From: Nitrososphaeraceae archaeon | Lineage (GTDB): Archaea > Thermoproteota > Nitrososphaeria > Nitrososphaerales > Nitrososphaeraceae | NCBI GenBank assembly: GCA_035297365.1 | Contig: DATGZA010000007.1 | Coordinates: 1 to 60,292, forward strand | DNA: 60,292 nucleotides | Direction of reading: 5' to 3' | Shown: one piece after another, positions 42,922 through 52,875 of the stretch | Layout: every line of letters begins with the position of its first letter | How positions within the stretch are numbered: the stretch's first letter is position 1 | Position numbers and translations under genes: made by a program | Notes under the pieces: model-generated | Databases searched by the model: none | What the model was told of the DNA's origin: nothing | What the model saw: the letters and a program-made list of their open reading frames with translations, nothing else

Positions 42922-45900
42922 TTGTTTATATATTTTGGTCCCATTAAATATTGTGAGAAATAAATATTTTCGGCGTCGAAAAATAAAAATAGACAAATTA
43001 TTATTTGCTCATCAATCTTGCAACTACATGATTGTTATTTGTGTCTAGTTTACCTAAAGAGGCTTTCTCATATGGTAAGGTTAACTGTAAATAATCAACA
43101 AAAATATTCAGTTTCTATATTTGATAATGCGTGGTGCAAGTTTTATTTATGAATATGAAAGAGTTATGACTCTTATTAACAATATTTATCACTAAATAAA
43201 TTTAATAAATAAAACTAAAATGCTCTATGTTAAAAAAATTTAGTCTATTTATTCAAATTGTTATCACTAAAGTCAAAAAGAATATTGGCTTTAAAGGATA
43301 ATTTGATTATCCAATTTTATGACTTCATACTAATAACTTGACATATAAACTCACCATTTCTATAGACATAACCATACAATTAGACAGATAGTGATCTCGT
43401 CCAAACTAAACTAGAACTTGGAACCTAGAAGATTATAACTGTAATAATATGATCATACTTAAATATCAATTACAATAAAAATCAATAAAAATGGATCATA
43501 TCCATAAATTAAATTTAAAAAATGACATATTCTATATTGGAATAAAGAATTCTCATACTAAACTTTTGGGTCTCGAAATCAATATGAAATTTGAAGAAGA
43601 GGACGGTAGCATAAATCTCCGTGGAATTTATTCCGGCTATTTTTGGGACTTGTAATTATGATTCCACAAACTGAAGATATAACTTTAATTACTGGAGAAG
43701 AAGTGGTCAGTCCACCTATAAGCTGGCTGAGTAAAAGTTCCATTTTCAATATAGAGAACGTAGTAGCTGTGAATGCCTCTGAAGATGTCATTCATTTTTC
43801 TAGGTCTGACATGCTTAATAACTGGCAGGCTGTCAATGTATCCTCACAAACTGGCATTAAGATTCGTGGCAGCTTAACTAATTGGCAGATACCATTCGAC
43901 CTTTCAAAGTGGCGGCTAGCAGGTGTGAGTCCTCCTGCTGATCTTATCGTATTTGAATCCTTCTCACATGGCTTCTGGCATGCTGACAATATATCGAAGG
44001 ATACAGGAGAACAAGTTTCATCTTTTCCCACCGCTTGGGTAAACAGTAATGGAAATTCCGCTATTGCGCAGGAAAACATTGCAGCATTAAATAGTAGTGC
44101 AACGGCACTCTTAGTTTTCTCCCGTCGAGGTGTACGCGATTGGGAAGTTGTGGATGTGACTGCAAAGACAGGTAAAAATGTAATTGGAGAAGTAACAAGT
44201 TGGATAACCCAGGATGGTTCGACATCTGTTGAGCATATTGCAGGAACGTCACCTGATGGTTCACTCGTGGTATTTTGGAAGACTTCAAATCAAGACTGGC
44301 AGGCTGTCAACGTCTCTGCCATAGCAGGAGGTGGTAGTATTACCGGTGCAAGGCCTGTGAGCTGGATAGACTTCCAGACAGGGTATGTTGCTGTATGTGG
44401 ACTTTATCAAAGACTCTTTGTCTTTAGAGCTGGATTTGGAGGAACTTGGGACCTTGTAGATGTGACAGAGATTACAGGAGTAAAAATTGCTGAGGTATAT
44501 ACGGTCTATCAGCTCGATGATCAGGGGATGGTAACAGTCCTGAGTGCCAGAGGTATTGATGGCTCACTTCTACAGTTCTGGTACGATCGAACGGTAGGTC
44601 ACCATCCATCCGAACATTGGCAAGTATTTAACTACTCAAAGGCTACTGGGGCTAGTTGGACTTCCAGATCTACGGCTTGGGTAACACGTACAGCAGGTGG
44701 CCAGCCTATGGAACATATTGCAGCAGTAACTTCTCAAAGACACTTGTTAATGGCTTGGGATTATGGATGGATCCGCATACTGACCGACAGATTAAGTCGA
44801 CCATTTCAGCTTATGAAGCGTCAACATGCACGGAGAAAGATTGTTGTACTTCTTTGGGATCCTCATCGTCCTAATGATCCTGCCCCCTCAGTGACTACCA
44901 TCATTAACCTAATGTTTGGACAGACAAATAGTGTCAGGGATTATTTTCTTGAGAATAGTGGTGGAAGGTTCACGATTGAGTCTGCAGGAGTCTTTGGATG
45001 GTTCCCTGCAAGCAGACCTCCAGAATATTGGTGGGGTCCACCTGACACGGCTGATTCTGATGGTGATGGATGGATTAATCCTCACGTGCAGAAATGGGCT
45101 GAGGCAATACGGCAAGCTGATCCCCAGTTCAATTATAGTCTTTTTGACAAAAATCCCTTTGATGGCGACCTAAATCCTGATGAACTTGGTGTGCTGATCG
45201 TTATTCCACAGAATACCCCTTTCGGCACTAACCGACATGCTCTCGGTCGTGAATTTCCCAACCCACAGCCATTGGTGGTTGATGGAGTCACTATTGGAAC
45301 CATAGCCGAGGCGTACATTGGCAACCCTCCAAACCTCGGCGTAGTAGCCCATGAATTGACTCATCTATTTCTTCATCATGGTGATATGTACTGGACTTTC
45401 CACAATCCATATGCTGCAGGAAACTATTCTTTAATGGATGGAACATATCTAGGGACTCATATTGATCCATTCGCTAAGCTCAAATTTGGTTGGTTACGAC
45501 CACACCTTATAGTTCGTAGTGGTCACTACTCTCTTCCGTCAATAGAAACAGAACGGTTTGTATGGATACTTATGAACCCTGCACATAGCATAGACGAATA
45601 CTATATTGTAGAAAACCGTTGGAGAGGTACCTCATACGATAAACAGATGCCTGATGTTGGTGGTCTAGCAATATGGCACATCATGGAAGACCCAACAGTG
45701 TTTGGGTCAGTCCCCCCTCCACCAAAAGTCACACCAGAACAATGGGAGCAAGTTAGTAGGGGTGATGGCGCACGCCGTGCTATTAGATTTCTGCGTCCTT
45801 TGATTGGTGAAACATCTATTGACGACAGAATCGCATTGAGAGATGGAGCTGACCCTGTCACTGGTTTCGACGTGCTTTCAAACGATCCTCATCCCCAACA

Positions 45901-46258
45901 TTCCAGTTTAAAGTGGGCAGATGGGACACCCAGTGGATTTACAATTAAAAACATTTCACCAGCAGGACAAGTGATGACAGCGGATATATATGTCCCCTGG
46001 TAGTAAACATATTCTGCATGTATCTTTTTCTATCTCAATAACTCAAAAATAGTAGGGCTCAAATATATCATGCAATGCTAGCAAGTTTATTAGTAATTTT
46101 GCAGCAACATTACAAAAAAATAACTATAATAACTTTTAATTTATTTTTTTCCATATTTAACACATTTATAAAATTTGAATTTATAGACTTATGGTACTAA
46201 ATAGATTATTCATGATAGTAGATTACAGGCAAAAATGGCCGTCAAACCTCTGGGCCCA
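42910..46258. mobile_element. Putative relic integrative island at tRNA-Arg (integrase-less)
   Basis: CCTCTGGGCCCA at 42910-42921 (tRNA 3' end) recurs at 46247-46258, preceded by TCAAA in both; the enclosed gene is GC-richer. Confidence 0.55.
43643..46003 (+). CDS. M6 (immune inhibitor A-like) zinc metalloprotease with N-terminal W..VDVT beta-propeller repeats
   Basis: SVRDYFLENSGG, VVAHELTHLFLHHGDMY, YSLM, K..FGWL, EYYIVENR, GLAIWHI; repeats WQAVNVS, WHADNIS, WEVVDVT, WQAVNVS, WDLVDVT, WQVFNYS. Start may be the ATG at 43658. Confidence 0.8.
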   Translation: MGLVIMIPQTEDITLITGEEVVSPPISWLSKSSIFNIENVVAVNASEDVIHFSRSDMLNNWQAVNVSSQTGIKIRGSLTNWQIPFDLSKWRLAGVSPPADLIVFESFSHGFWHADNISKDTGEQVSSFPTAWVNSNGNSAIAQENIAALNSSATALLVFSRRGVRDWEVVDVTAKTGKNVIGEVTSWITQDGSTSVEHIAGTSPDGSLVVFWKTSNQDWQAVNVSAIAGGGSITGARPVSWIDFQTGYVAVCGLYQRLFVFRAGFGGTWDLVDVTEITGVKIAEVYTVYQLDDQGMVTVLSARGIDGSLLQFWYDRTVGHHPSEHWQVFNYSKATGASWTSRSTAWVTRTAGGQPMEHIAAVTSQRHLLMAWDYGWIRILTDRLSRPFQLMKRQHARRKIVVLLWDPHRPNDPAPSVTTIINLMFGQTNSVRDYFLENSGGRFTIESAGVFGWFPASRPPEYWWGPPDTADSDGDGWINPHVQKWAEAIRQADPQFNYSLFDKNPFDGDLNPDELGVLIVIPQNTPFGTNRHALGREFPNPQPLVVDGVTIGTIAEAYIGNPPNLGVVAHELTHLFLHHGDMYWTFHNPYAAGNYSLMDGTYLGTHIDPFAKLKFGWLRPHLIVRSGHYSLPSIETERFVWILMNPAHSIDEYYIVENRWRGTSYDKQMPDVGGLAIWHIMEDPTVFGSVPPPPKVTPEQWEQVSRGDGARRAIRFLRPLIGETSIDDRIALRDGADPVTGFDVLSNDPHPQHSSLKWADGTPSGFTIKNISPAGQVMTADIYVPW

Positions 46259-46571
46259 AAATTGAGCGTTAAAACTTCCCTAAGGGCGAGTTTTAACATA
46301 AATGAAGTTACATAACAATTGGAGTCAAATACTAGTCAAAAATGAACACCTAAACAGACTCTATTCAACTACCTTATAGCTCTAATTTACGTTTAATAGC
46401 CATACGAAATTTCAAATGGATATATATCCATTTTTGACAGGCCCAATGTTTTAATCCGTTTACTCCGATGGGAATCATTTAGTTTTTTAGATATATTATT
46501 GTAATAAGTTTCTTTTTAATATTTAAGTTTGTCCTAAATCCAAATTTTAATGTCAAATATCTGTAAAATAA

Positions 46572-46853
46572 TCAATTTCCTTTATTTTTAAAATCACTAA
46601 AAAATTTGATAACTGTAGGACCCAAAATATTTAAAAAGTCTAGAATAAAAGAGATTTGAAATGGTAATAAGCAACCATCTTGATGTGCAATTGCCTTTGC
46701 CTTCTCCAACGCATCATCAAGTGAACATCCTCCTGATAAGGATTTTAGGAATTCATATGTAACTTTTTTACCCACGGGAGTTTTCAGTAATTGTGGTGTA
46801 AGTAAATCTGTCCTTTTCTCAATATTATCGGACATTGTATTTCTATAATACAA
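46572..46853 (-). CDS. Hypothetical protein
   Basis: ORF with a plausible internal ATG (MSDNIEK). Confidence 0.5.
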   Translation of the reverse strand: MYYRNTMSDNIEKRTDLLTPQLLKTPVGKKVTYEFLKSLSGGCSLDDALEKAKAIAHQDGCLLPFQISFILDFLNILGPTVIKFFSDFKNKGN

Positions 46854-47994
46854 TATTTACTTATATCTGTGTTTATTGAAAAGAGTCTCTTAAAATATCA
46901 AGACATGGTTATTTAATTAATAGTTTATATTGAAATATGGAACTACGTTGGATCAACAACTTTCTGAAGTTCTATCCGAGAACTTCGTACCTCATCGTAC
47001 AAATTGTTGTTATTTAAAAAAATTTCAATACTTGTTTTAGAAACTGGATACTCACATAAATATGGGACTTGGCTGAAATATTCTTCAATTAGAGCGATTC
47101 CATTTATCTTTTTTACGATAGATCATAATTAATATTCTGCCAACTGATTTCCAACATAGACTGAGACACCTTAAGAGTCAGATGGATCGTAATCTATTTC
47201 ATCTAGTATTTTTACTGGCGAAAAGATAAAAATTATAGAATCTGAAATAGGTTTAATAAATTTAGTCATTTGATCATTTTTTACTTGTGATGAAATAGAC
47301 GTTAGGATATAGGATAGAATTAATAAACAAGACACAAAAGAGACAATTAAAACAAATTTGACATTCTCAGTTCTTAAAACTGAATTTTTGTACAATATAA
47401 ACAATTTACCAATTAGTTATTTAATAATAATGATATTATTATTAGTAATCAAATTACTATAAATTGTTCACAAATAATTATATATTCGATTTTTTAAATT
47501 GAACTAATTTACTAATATCTACCTAAATTTGTTACAGAATTAATAATCTCTCTTTAAAACTACAAAATTATGTGATTCTTTTAGATATACAAATGCCTAG
47601 ATGGTCTATATTCATATATGTAGTGAAAAATAGATCTTACTAGAATCTTGATGCAATTTTATATTTGACTGATTTTGTTTATGAAAATCTTTGAGTAGTC
47701 GCCTATTATCTATTATTCATAAATTCATATTTTCGTAATATTATAAATGATAACACCCTCGTTAAATTTTAACAATCCATTCAACTCATGTTAAATGCTT
47801 TAATATTACAATGTAGAACGAACATTTTTATGAATATACGTTCGAGTCCTGCTTCCAATAAAATATAAAATCTAAGTTACGAATTTTAGAACTAACAAAT
47901 TACAGGCATAATTCAATAATTTCTGATAAGATAGTGTATTTTAGAGAACATGTCTTTTTAAATTCATTTACTCAGGGAAAATTGTAACATAGAA

Positions 47995-48648
47995 TTGGCT
48001 AAAACCAAATATATTTTAATCATAGTGATATTACTTTCAATAGCATTTCCTATTGAATCTATAATATTTAAATTTGCAAGCGGTCAGGTTGAAAATTTTC
48101 AATCAGAAGGCAAGCAAAATAACATTCCATTTAGTCAAGAAAAGCCAGAGATAGATGTTTCGATTGATGGAACTAGTAGTGATGATAAAATCAAGGGAGG
48201 AGAAGGAGATGACGATATAAATGGAAGATTGGGAAATGATATGTTATTCGGCGGACGAGGTGATGACGAATTAGATGGTGATGAGGGAGATGACGTCGTG
48301 AAGGGAGAACAAGGTAATGATGAGATTGAGGGAGGAGAGGGGAATGATAAATTGGATGGTGAGAGGGGTATGGATTTAATAACTGGCGAAGAAGGAGATG
48401 ATAGATTATACGGCGGACGAGGTGATGATCAAATTGATGGAGGCGACGGAAACGATCAAATTGATGGAGGCGACGGCGTTGATATACTAATTGGAGGATT
48501 AGGTTCAGACACTTTTATATGTGATCAGTTTGATACTATATTTGACTATAAAACCGATCAAGGTGACAAAAAAGTAGGAACGTGTTCAATTGTAGACAAT
48601 AGTTCAGTCTCTGATTCGCCTCAAATCTCACGAGATATAATTGGATAG
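47995..48648 (+). CDS. Secreted RTX/hemolysin-type calcium-binding protein
   Basis: Signal anchor and about 12 GG.G.D.(I/L). nonapeptides. Confidence 0.9.
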   Translation: MAKTKYILIIVILLSIAFPIESIIFKFASGQVENFQSEGKQNNIPFSQEKPEIDVSIDGTSSDDKIKGGEGDDDINGRLGNDMLFGGRGDDELDGDEGDDVVKGEQGNDEIEGGEGNDKLDGERGMDLITGEEGDDRLYGGRGDDQIDGGDGNDQIDGGDGVDILIGGLGSDTFICDQFDTIFDYKTDQGDKKVGTCSIVDNSSVSDSPQISRDIIG

Positions 48649-48862
48649 CAACTAGATAGATTTATTTTTATTTCTTATTTTCATTTCTTATTTTTTTATT
48701 TTTATTTCTATCCATGTTAATTATTTTAATTCTAAACATTACTTTTTGTATTAGTTAATAAAATATAATTTTATTTAATTTTATATCTACTACCTACCTT
48801 CTCTAAATAAAAAAAATTTTTCCTTTCCTATTTTTAGGGATGATGAAAGTTTTGATAATTTA

Positions 48863-49204
48863 TTAAACATGTAATCTCTTTTGCCTTAATGCCAAAATAC
48901 CCGAAATAACAAATAACACAAGACTGGGTATTCCTAAAAAAGTTATTGTCCCAAATACAATGACTCCACATATTATCAAAATTAAGCCAATCATTCTGGT
49001 ATTCTTAAAATATAGAATTACGAACAGAGCAGAAAAGTTTATTGCAATCAGGATAATAACGTGCACTATAGTTCCTCCCAAAAATAGTCCTAGTATCGGG
49101 ATACCGATGAAAGAATTTATAAAAATATATGTGACTAGTATAAGGATAGAAATGAATAACCCGAGTCCTGTATTTATTAATGTTAATTTTTTATATAAAT
49201 GCAA
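48863..49204 (-). CDS. Small 4-TM membrane protein
   Basis: Almost entirely hydrophobic; ends LFVISGILAL. Confidence 0.65.
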   Translation of the reverse strand: MHLYKKLTLINTGLGLFISILILVTYIFINSFIGIPILGLFLGGTIVHVIILIAINFSALFVILYFKNTRMIGLILIICGVIVFGTITFLGIPSLVLFVISGILALRQKRLHV

Positions 49205-49308
49205 TCTATTTTAGCAATAACAATTAATTCATATAAACGATATTTATTGTTTTAATGAACTAATTATAAAACGTGTTATTCTGAATTATTCCAATATACA
49301 TTCTACTA

Positions 49309-50475
49309 CTACACATCAGAACGCAAGAAAAACCATCTTCCCGTTTTTGGCAATACATTCATTTGCGAATAACTACTTGCAATTAAACCAACGTGACCAG
49401 TAGGAAACCTCATTATCCGGTTGTCCTTACTAGATACGAGATTATTTAATTCTGCACTTCCATCAGGAGATACTAGATGGTCCTCATTTGCAACTATATT
49501 AAGAAAGGGAACACTGATTCTGGATAAATTTACGAGGTCGCTACCCAATTTCATTTCATTTTTCACTAGGAGATTTTCTTGATATATATTTTTAATCCAT
49601 TGTTTAAAAGCTTCTCCAGCTATTGGAGGTATATCAGATAACCATCTCTCAATTCGAAGGAAGTTTTCAATAAATCTTTTGTCGTTGATATGCTCATAAA
49701 GTGAAAAATACTTGTTTACCCCCTGTTTAAATGGTTTTAATGCAGAAAAACATGTTTGAAGTAATTCCGGTGGCATATTACCCATAGAATCTATTATGTT
49801 TTCAACGTCCAAATGTTTTGCGAAATTACTGATCACCGTATTGTCTTTACTAGTATCTATAACTGGAGCAAGGGTTACAAGATTCTTGATTTTGTGTTGA
49901 TGCAAAGAACAATACATGGCAGACATGGATGCACCCATACAATATCCATGTAGCGTTATTTTTTCCGCGGAGCTCTTATTTCTAACAAAGTCTATACAAT
50001 CGTCAATAAAAACATTCACATAGTCATCGAATGAAACATATTTGTCATTTAAAGAAGGAGTCTTCCAATCTATAAGATATACATCGAATCCCTGTTTTAC
50101 CAGATTTCCTATCCAACTTTTGTCCTGTTGCAAGTCAAGTATATAAGATCTATTTATCAGGGCATAGACAATTAGCACTGGAGGTCTTATAGGTACACGA
50201 AATGTAGTTTTATAATGTAATAATCTATATAATCTAGTCTCTTTCACGACATCATGAGGAGTTGAACCAACTTCTAGGGACATAGATTTTTGATACGCCT
50301 CTATAATCTTTTTTATTTTTGTTACCACATCATTCTTTGGTTCACCATCATCTAAAGTGCCTGGGATCCGTGAAGAAGTATCGTCAATCTTTTGATTAGG
50401 AGATGATAATTCCTTTACCTTTATTTCAGGTTCCTTAGAAGTGGTAATTTTATTTAACGACAAGTTTCTCTTCAC
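49309..50475 (-). CDS. phaC: Class III poly(hydroxyalkanoate) synthase subunit PhaC
   Basis: PVLIVYALINRSYILDL, GFDVYLIDW, lipase box GYCMG, DHLV (Asp) and TGHVG (His). Confidence 0.93.
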   Translation of the reverse strand: MKRNLSLNKITTSKEPEIKVKELSSPNQKIDDTSSRIPGTLDDGEPKNDVVTKIKKIIEAYQKSMSLEVGSTPHDVVKETRLYRLLHYKTTFRVPIRPPVLIVYALINRSYILDLQQDKSWIGNLVKQGFDVYLIDWKTPSLNDKYVSFDDYVNVFIDDCIDFVRNKSSAEKITLHGYCMGASMSAMYCSLHQHKIKNLVTLAPVIDTSKDNTVISNFAKHLDVENIIDSMGNMPPELLQTCFSALKPFKQGVNKYFSLYEHINDKRFIENFLRIERWLSDIPPIAGEAFKQWIKNIYQENLLVKNEMKLGSDLVNLSRISVPFLNIVANEDHLVSPDGSAELNNLVSSKDNRIMRFPTGHVGLIASSYSQMNVLPKTGRWFFLRSDV

Positions 50476-51028
50476 TCATTATTAAATCTAAATTTTTCCG
50501 CAATTTGTATACCTCTCTTTTTAGTTCCTGCATATCCTTTAAGATCATGTCTATCTCATCCCTGTTAGGTAAATTTAATAATTTAAAATAATTATCGAAT
50601 GCATTTCCCAATATATGGGTGAAGGAAGAATAATTAGAAAGAAGATCAGAAGTAGTAACAGAAAATTCCTTAGATTGAAATAGCTGTGTAAAATATTTCT
50701 CAAACACGTCTATTGTCAAATTTTTATATTTTTTAACCTCTTCTTCTGACTGAAAATCAGGTAATTCAGGTTTTTTAGATTGCAATTCGGTAATAGATTT
50801 CACATATGTTTGATTTACTTGCATCCAATAATTAAGAATATTAGATTGAAATTTTGAACAAAGAGATAACAAATCCTGAAACTTTTTTTGATCTTCTTCA
50901 AATGTTCGAATAAATTGATTACTTTGACCAGTTGCAGGTAATTTTAAAAAATCTTTCCAAATAGTATTGTAACTATTTATCAATTCCTCATACTTTTTAT
51001 TAAATTCTTGATCAGAAGCCATTCGCAT
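50450..51028 (-). CDS. phaE: PHA synthase subunit PhaE
   Basis: Overlaps the phaC start; C-terminal LNLPNRDEIDMILKDMQELKREV is the PhaE P.R.E.D...L.ELKR signature. Confidence 0.85.
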   Translation of the reverse strand: MRMASDQEFNKKYEELINSYNTIWKDFLKLPATGQSNQFIRTFEEDQKKFQDLLSLCSKFQSNILNYWMQVNQTYVKSITELQSKKPELPDFQSEEEVKKYKNLTIDVFEKYFTQLFQSKEFSVTTSDLLSNYSSFTHILGNAFDNYFKLLNLPNRDEIDMILKDMQELKREVYKLRKNLDLIMSEEKLVVK

Positions 51029-51211
51029 ATTACCAGTAGATTACTATTGTACAAAAAATTATATATCTTTTATTATTTAAATTTAGTCTTTATGATGTTT
51101 TTTATTGTTAATTTATATTTTTTTATCTAGTTCACGGAATAAAGTTAGCCTATTATTACAGGGAACAGTCAAAATGTATTTTATTAGAATGATAAATTAT
51201 TATTTTTTCTC

Positions 51212-51340
51212 TTACTCCCCCACAGCAGTTACTTTATCAGCATGAGAATTTTTATAATGTTCCTCAGCCTCCTTCTTTGTAAAGAATTCCATTGCACATA
51301 TCCTGCAGCGTAATGTTCCTCCTTCATAATCATAATTCAT
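51212..51340 (-). CDS. 42-aa C2H2 zinc-finger microprotein (not in ORF track)
   Basis: MNYDYEGGTLRCRICAMEFFTKKEAEEHYKNSHADKVTAVGE: C-x2-C-x3-F-x8-H-x4-H. Confidence 0.75.
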   Translation of the reverse strand: MNYDYEGGTLRCRICAMEFFTKKEAEEHYKNSHADKVTAVGE

Positions 51341-51532
51341 TAATCCTAATATGGAGAAGAAGATTATTTATTTATTAGTATTTAAATTGCAGAAAATAAA
51401 TGCTATATATATGAAAATTGATAACCCTGAATTTTCATATTCACTATAGCCTATTTTTGAAAAGATAAATTTTACATCTTTGCTTGAATTACAATATCTA
51501 CTAAATATGAAAATATGATGTTATCAATTGCA

Positions 51533-51925
51533 TCATGGTGTAAATTTATTCCTTAGCTCAGATATCATGGGAATAACCTTAGTCATGAGTATCCTATCAA
51601 TATCACTTGATTCCCTATCAATAGTTAATAACAAATAGTAGTCTTCATTTATTGGAATCGTAGCTCGAATGACATTTTCGTATTTTCCTAAAGCATAAAT
51701 TAATTTCCCTATTTTTGGTTCGAATTTCATCCTTGTACGTTGTCTTGAAATCGCATTGGAAGCGTATTCTTCATTTTCTTCCTCAGTCATTAGGAGCTTT
51801 ATTCCTTCACGATATCTCTCGTTAATTAATGTGCCTTGTTTATCTGTCACGCAAACCCATCTGATAGAATTATCTATCCCCATCATAGTCTTTGTAAATG
51901 AATAAATGAATTCATAAGGTACCAT
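51533..51925 (-). CDS. DUF6659-like (roadblock/profilin-like fold) protein
   Basis: IRWVCVTDKQG..I...YREG..LLM, IGKLIYALGKYENV; pattern of this thaumarchaeal family. Confidence 0.65.
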   Translation of the reverse strand: MVPYEFIYSFTKTMMGIDNSIRWVCVTDKQGTLINERYREGIKLLMTEEENEEYASNAISRQRTRMKFEPKIGKLIYALGKYENVIRATIPINEDYYLLLTIDRESSDIDRILMTKVIPMISELRNKFTP

Positions 51926-52096
51926 TATTATTATTCAACAATCTTTAACCAAATAAAAAAGTCTTACTATGTTATTCCATACCTATGAGGCAGGCATTTA
52001 ATAAAGTGTAATATAATAAAAGATCAAATCATAACTCTAATAATATTTTTAAAAAATTTCTAGAGTTATTTTTTATAAAGCTTTCCAAAAGAAAGA

Positions 52097-52585
52097 TTAT
52101 GGTCTATTAAATCCTTGCGAATTTTTAAAGACCGAAAGCCATTGTTCAAAAATATTCGTATTAAATTTTACAAATGTATCTAATGTCTTGCTGTAGTTTT
52201 TGATAGTATCACTTGTAATATTCAATAAATTTGCAAATAATCTGTTATTAATATTATTAAATTCTATAACGTTATTTGTAAATTCATTGCCCTGTTTTAC
52301 GAATTGTTTTGTAACCACAGGTGCAGGATTTATATTGTAACAATCGGATAATTGTTTTTGAATGGCAGTATAAGTATTTACTACGCCTTTAGTAGATTCT
52401 ATGCACTCCATTTGAAGATTGGAGATTGATTGTATGTACGCAGGTTGAGTTTTAGCAAATTCATTCATGATCTTATTTGTATTATCTCTTATCGACTCAT
52501 ATAGTTCAGATCTCTGACTTGCTGGAGACTGACCTGGTTCATTTCCAGCTTTGCGATTTTCATCTTTTTCATTCGAATTAGTCAT
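52097..52585 (-). CDS. Amphipathic helical protein, phasin-like
   Basis: N/Q/T/S-rich, predicted all-helical, with amphipathic periodicity (YIQSISNLQMECIESTK); 1 kb from phaE. Confidence 0.55.
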   Translation of the reverse strand: MTNSNEKDENRKAGNEPGQSPASQRSELYESIRDNTNKIMNEFAKTQPAYIQSISNLQMECIESTKGVVNTYTAIQKQLSDCYNINPAPVVTKQFVKQGNEFTNNVIEFNNINNRLFANLLNITSDTIKNYSKTLDTFVKFNTNIFEQWLSVFKNSQGFNRP

Positions 52586-52875
52586 ATTAGTTCTATATAA
52601 TTAACTAATAACAAAATATATATACCTTTAGTAAATCGATAAGAAAAAATCAAGCTAGAAGTTTATTTTTACTTACCAATTTTTTTGTTTATGAGTCTGA
52701 AATATTACATGTTATAGGTATTTTAATAATTTAATTAGTCGATTATAATAAGATTATATTAACTATTTGAAAAAACAATACAACAATTTGGGAAAATGAA
52801 TTAAGAGGCAGAAAAATTCTGATATTTACCAATATTTTATTCAAATGGATAAAATATTGGATGTTCTGATACCAG

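Noticed and set aside
42863-43048. 61-aa ORF MDRMAACGAVGRGFKSLWAH
   Set aside because: It is a translation of the tRNA-Arg sequence and its trailer.
43584-43655. 23-codon ORF MKFEEEDGSINLRGIYSGYFWDL ending 2 nt before the protease ATG at 43658
   Set aside because: Could be the tail of a lost island gene or a leader peptide, but it is too short to support either.
46940-47404. 77-aa ORF at 47171..47404 with coding-like continuation past its stop
   Set aside because: Likely a pseudogene remnant, but no family is recognisable, so it is not listed as a feature.
47995-48648. RTX toxin
   Set aside because: Only calcium-binding nonapeptides and a signal anchor; no pore-forming domain or type I secretion genes.
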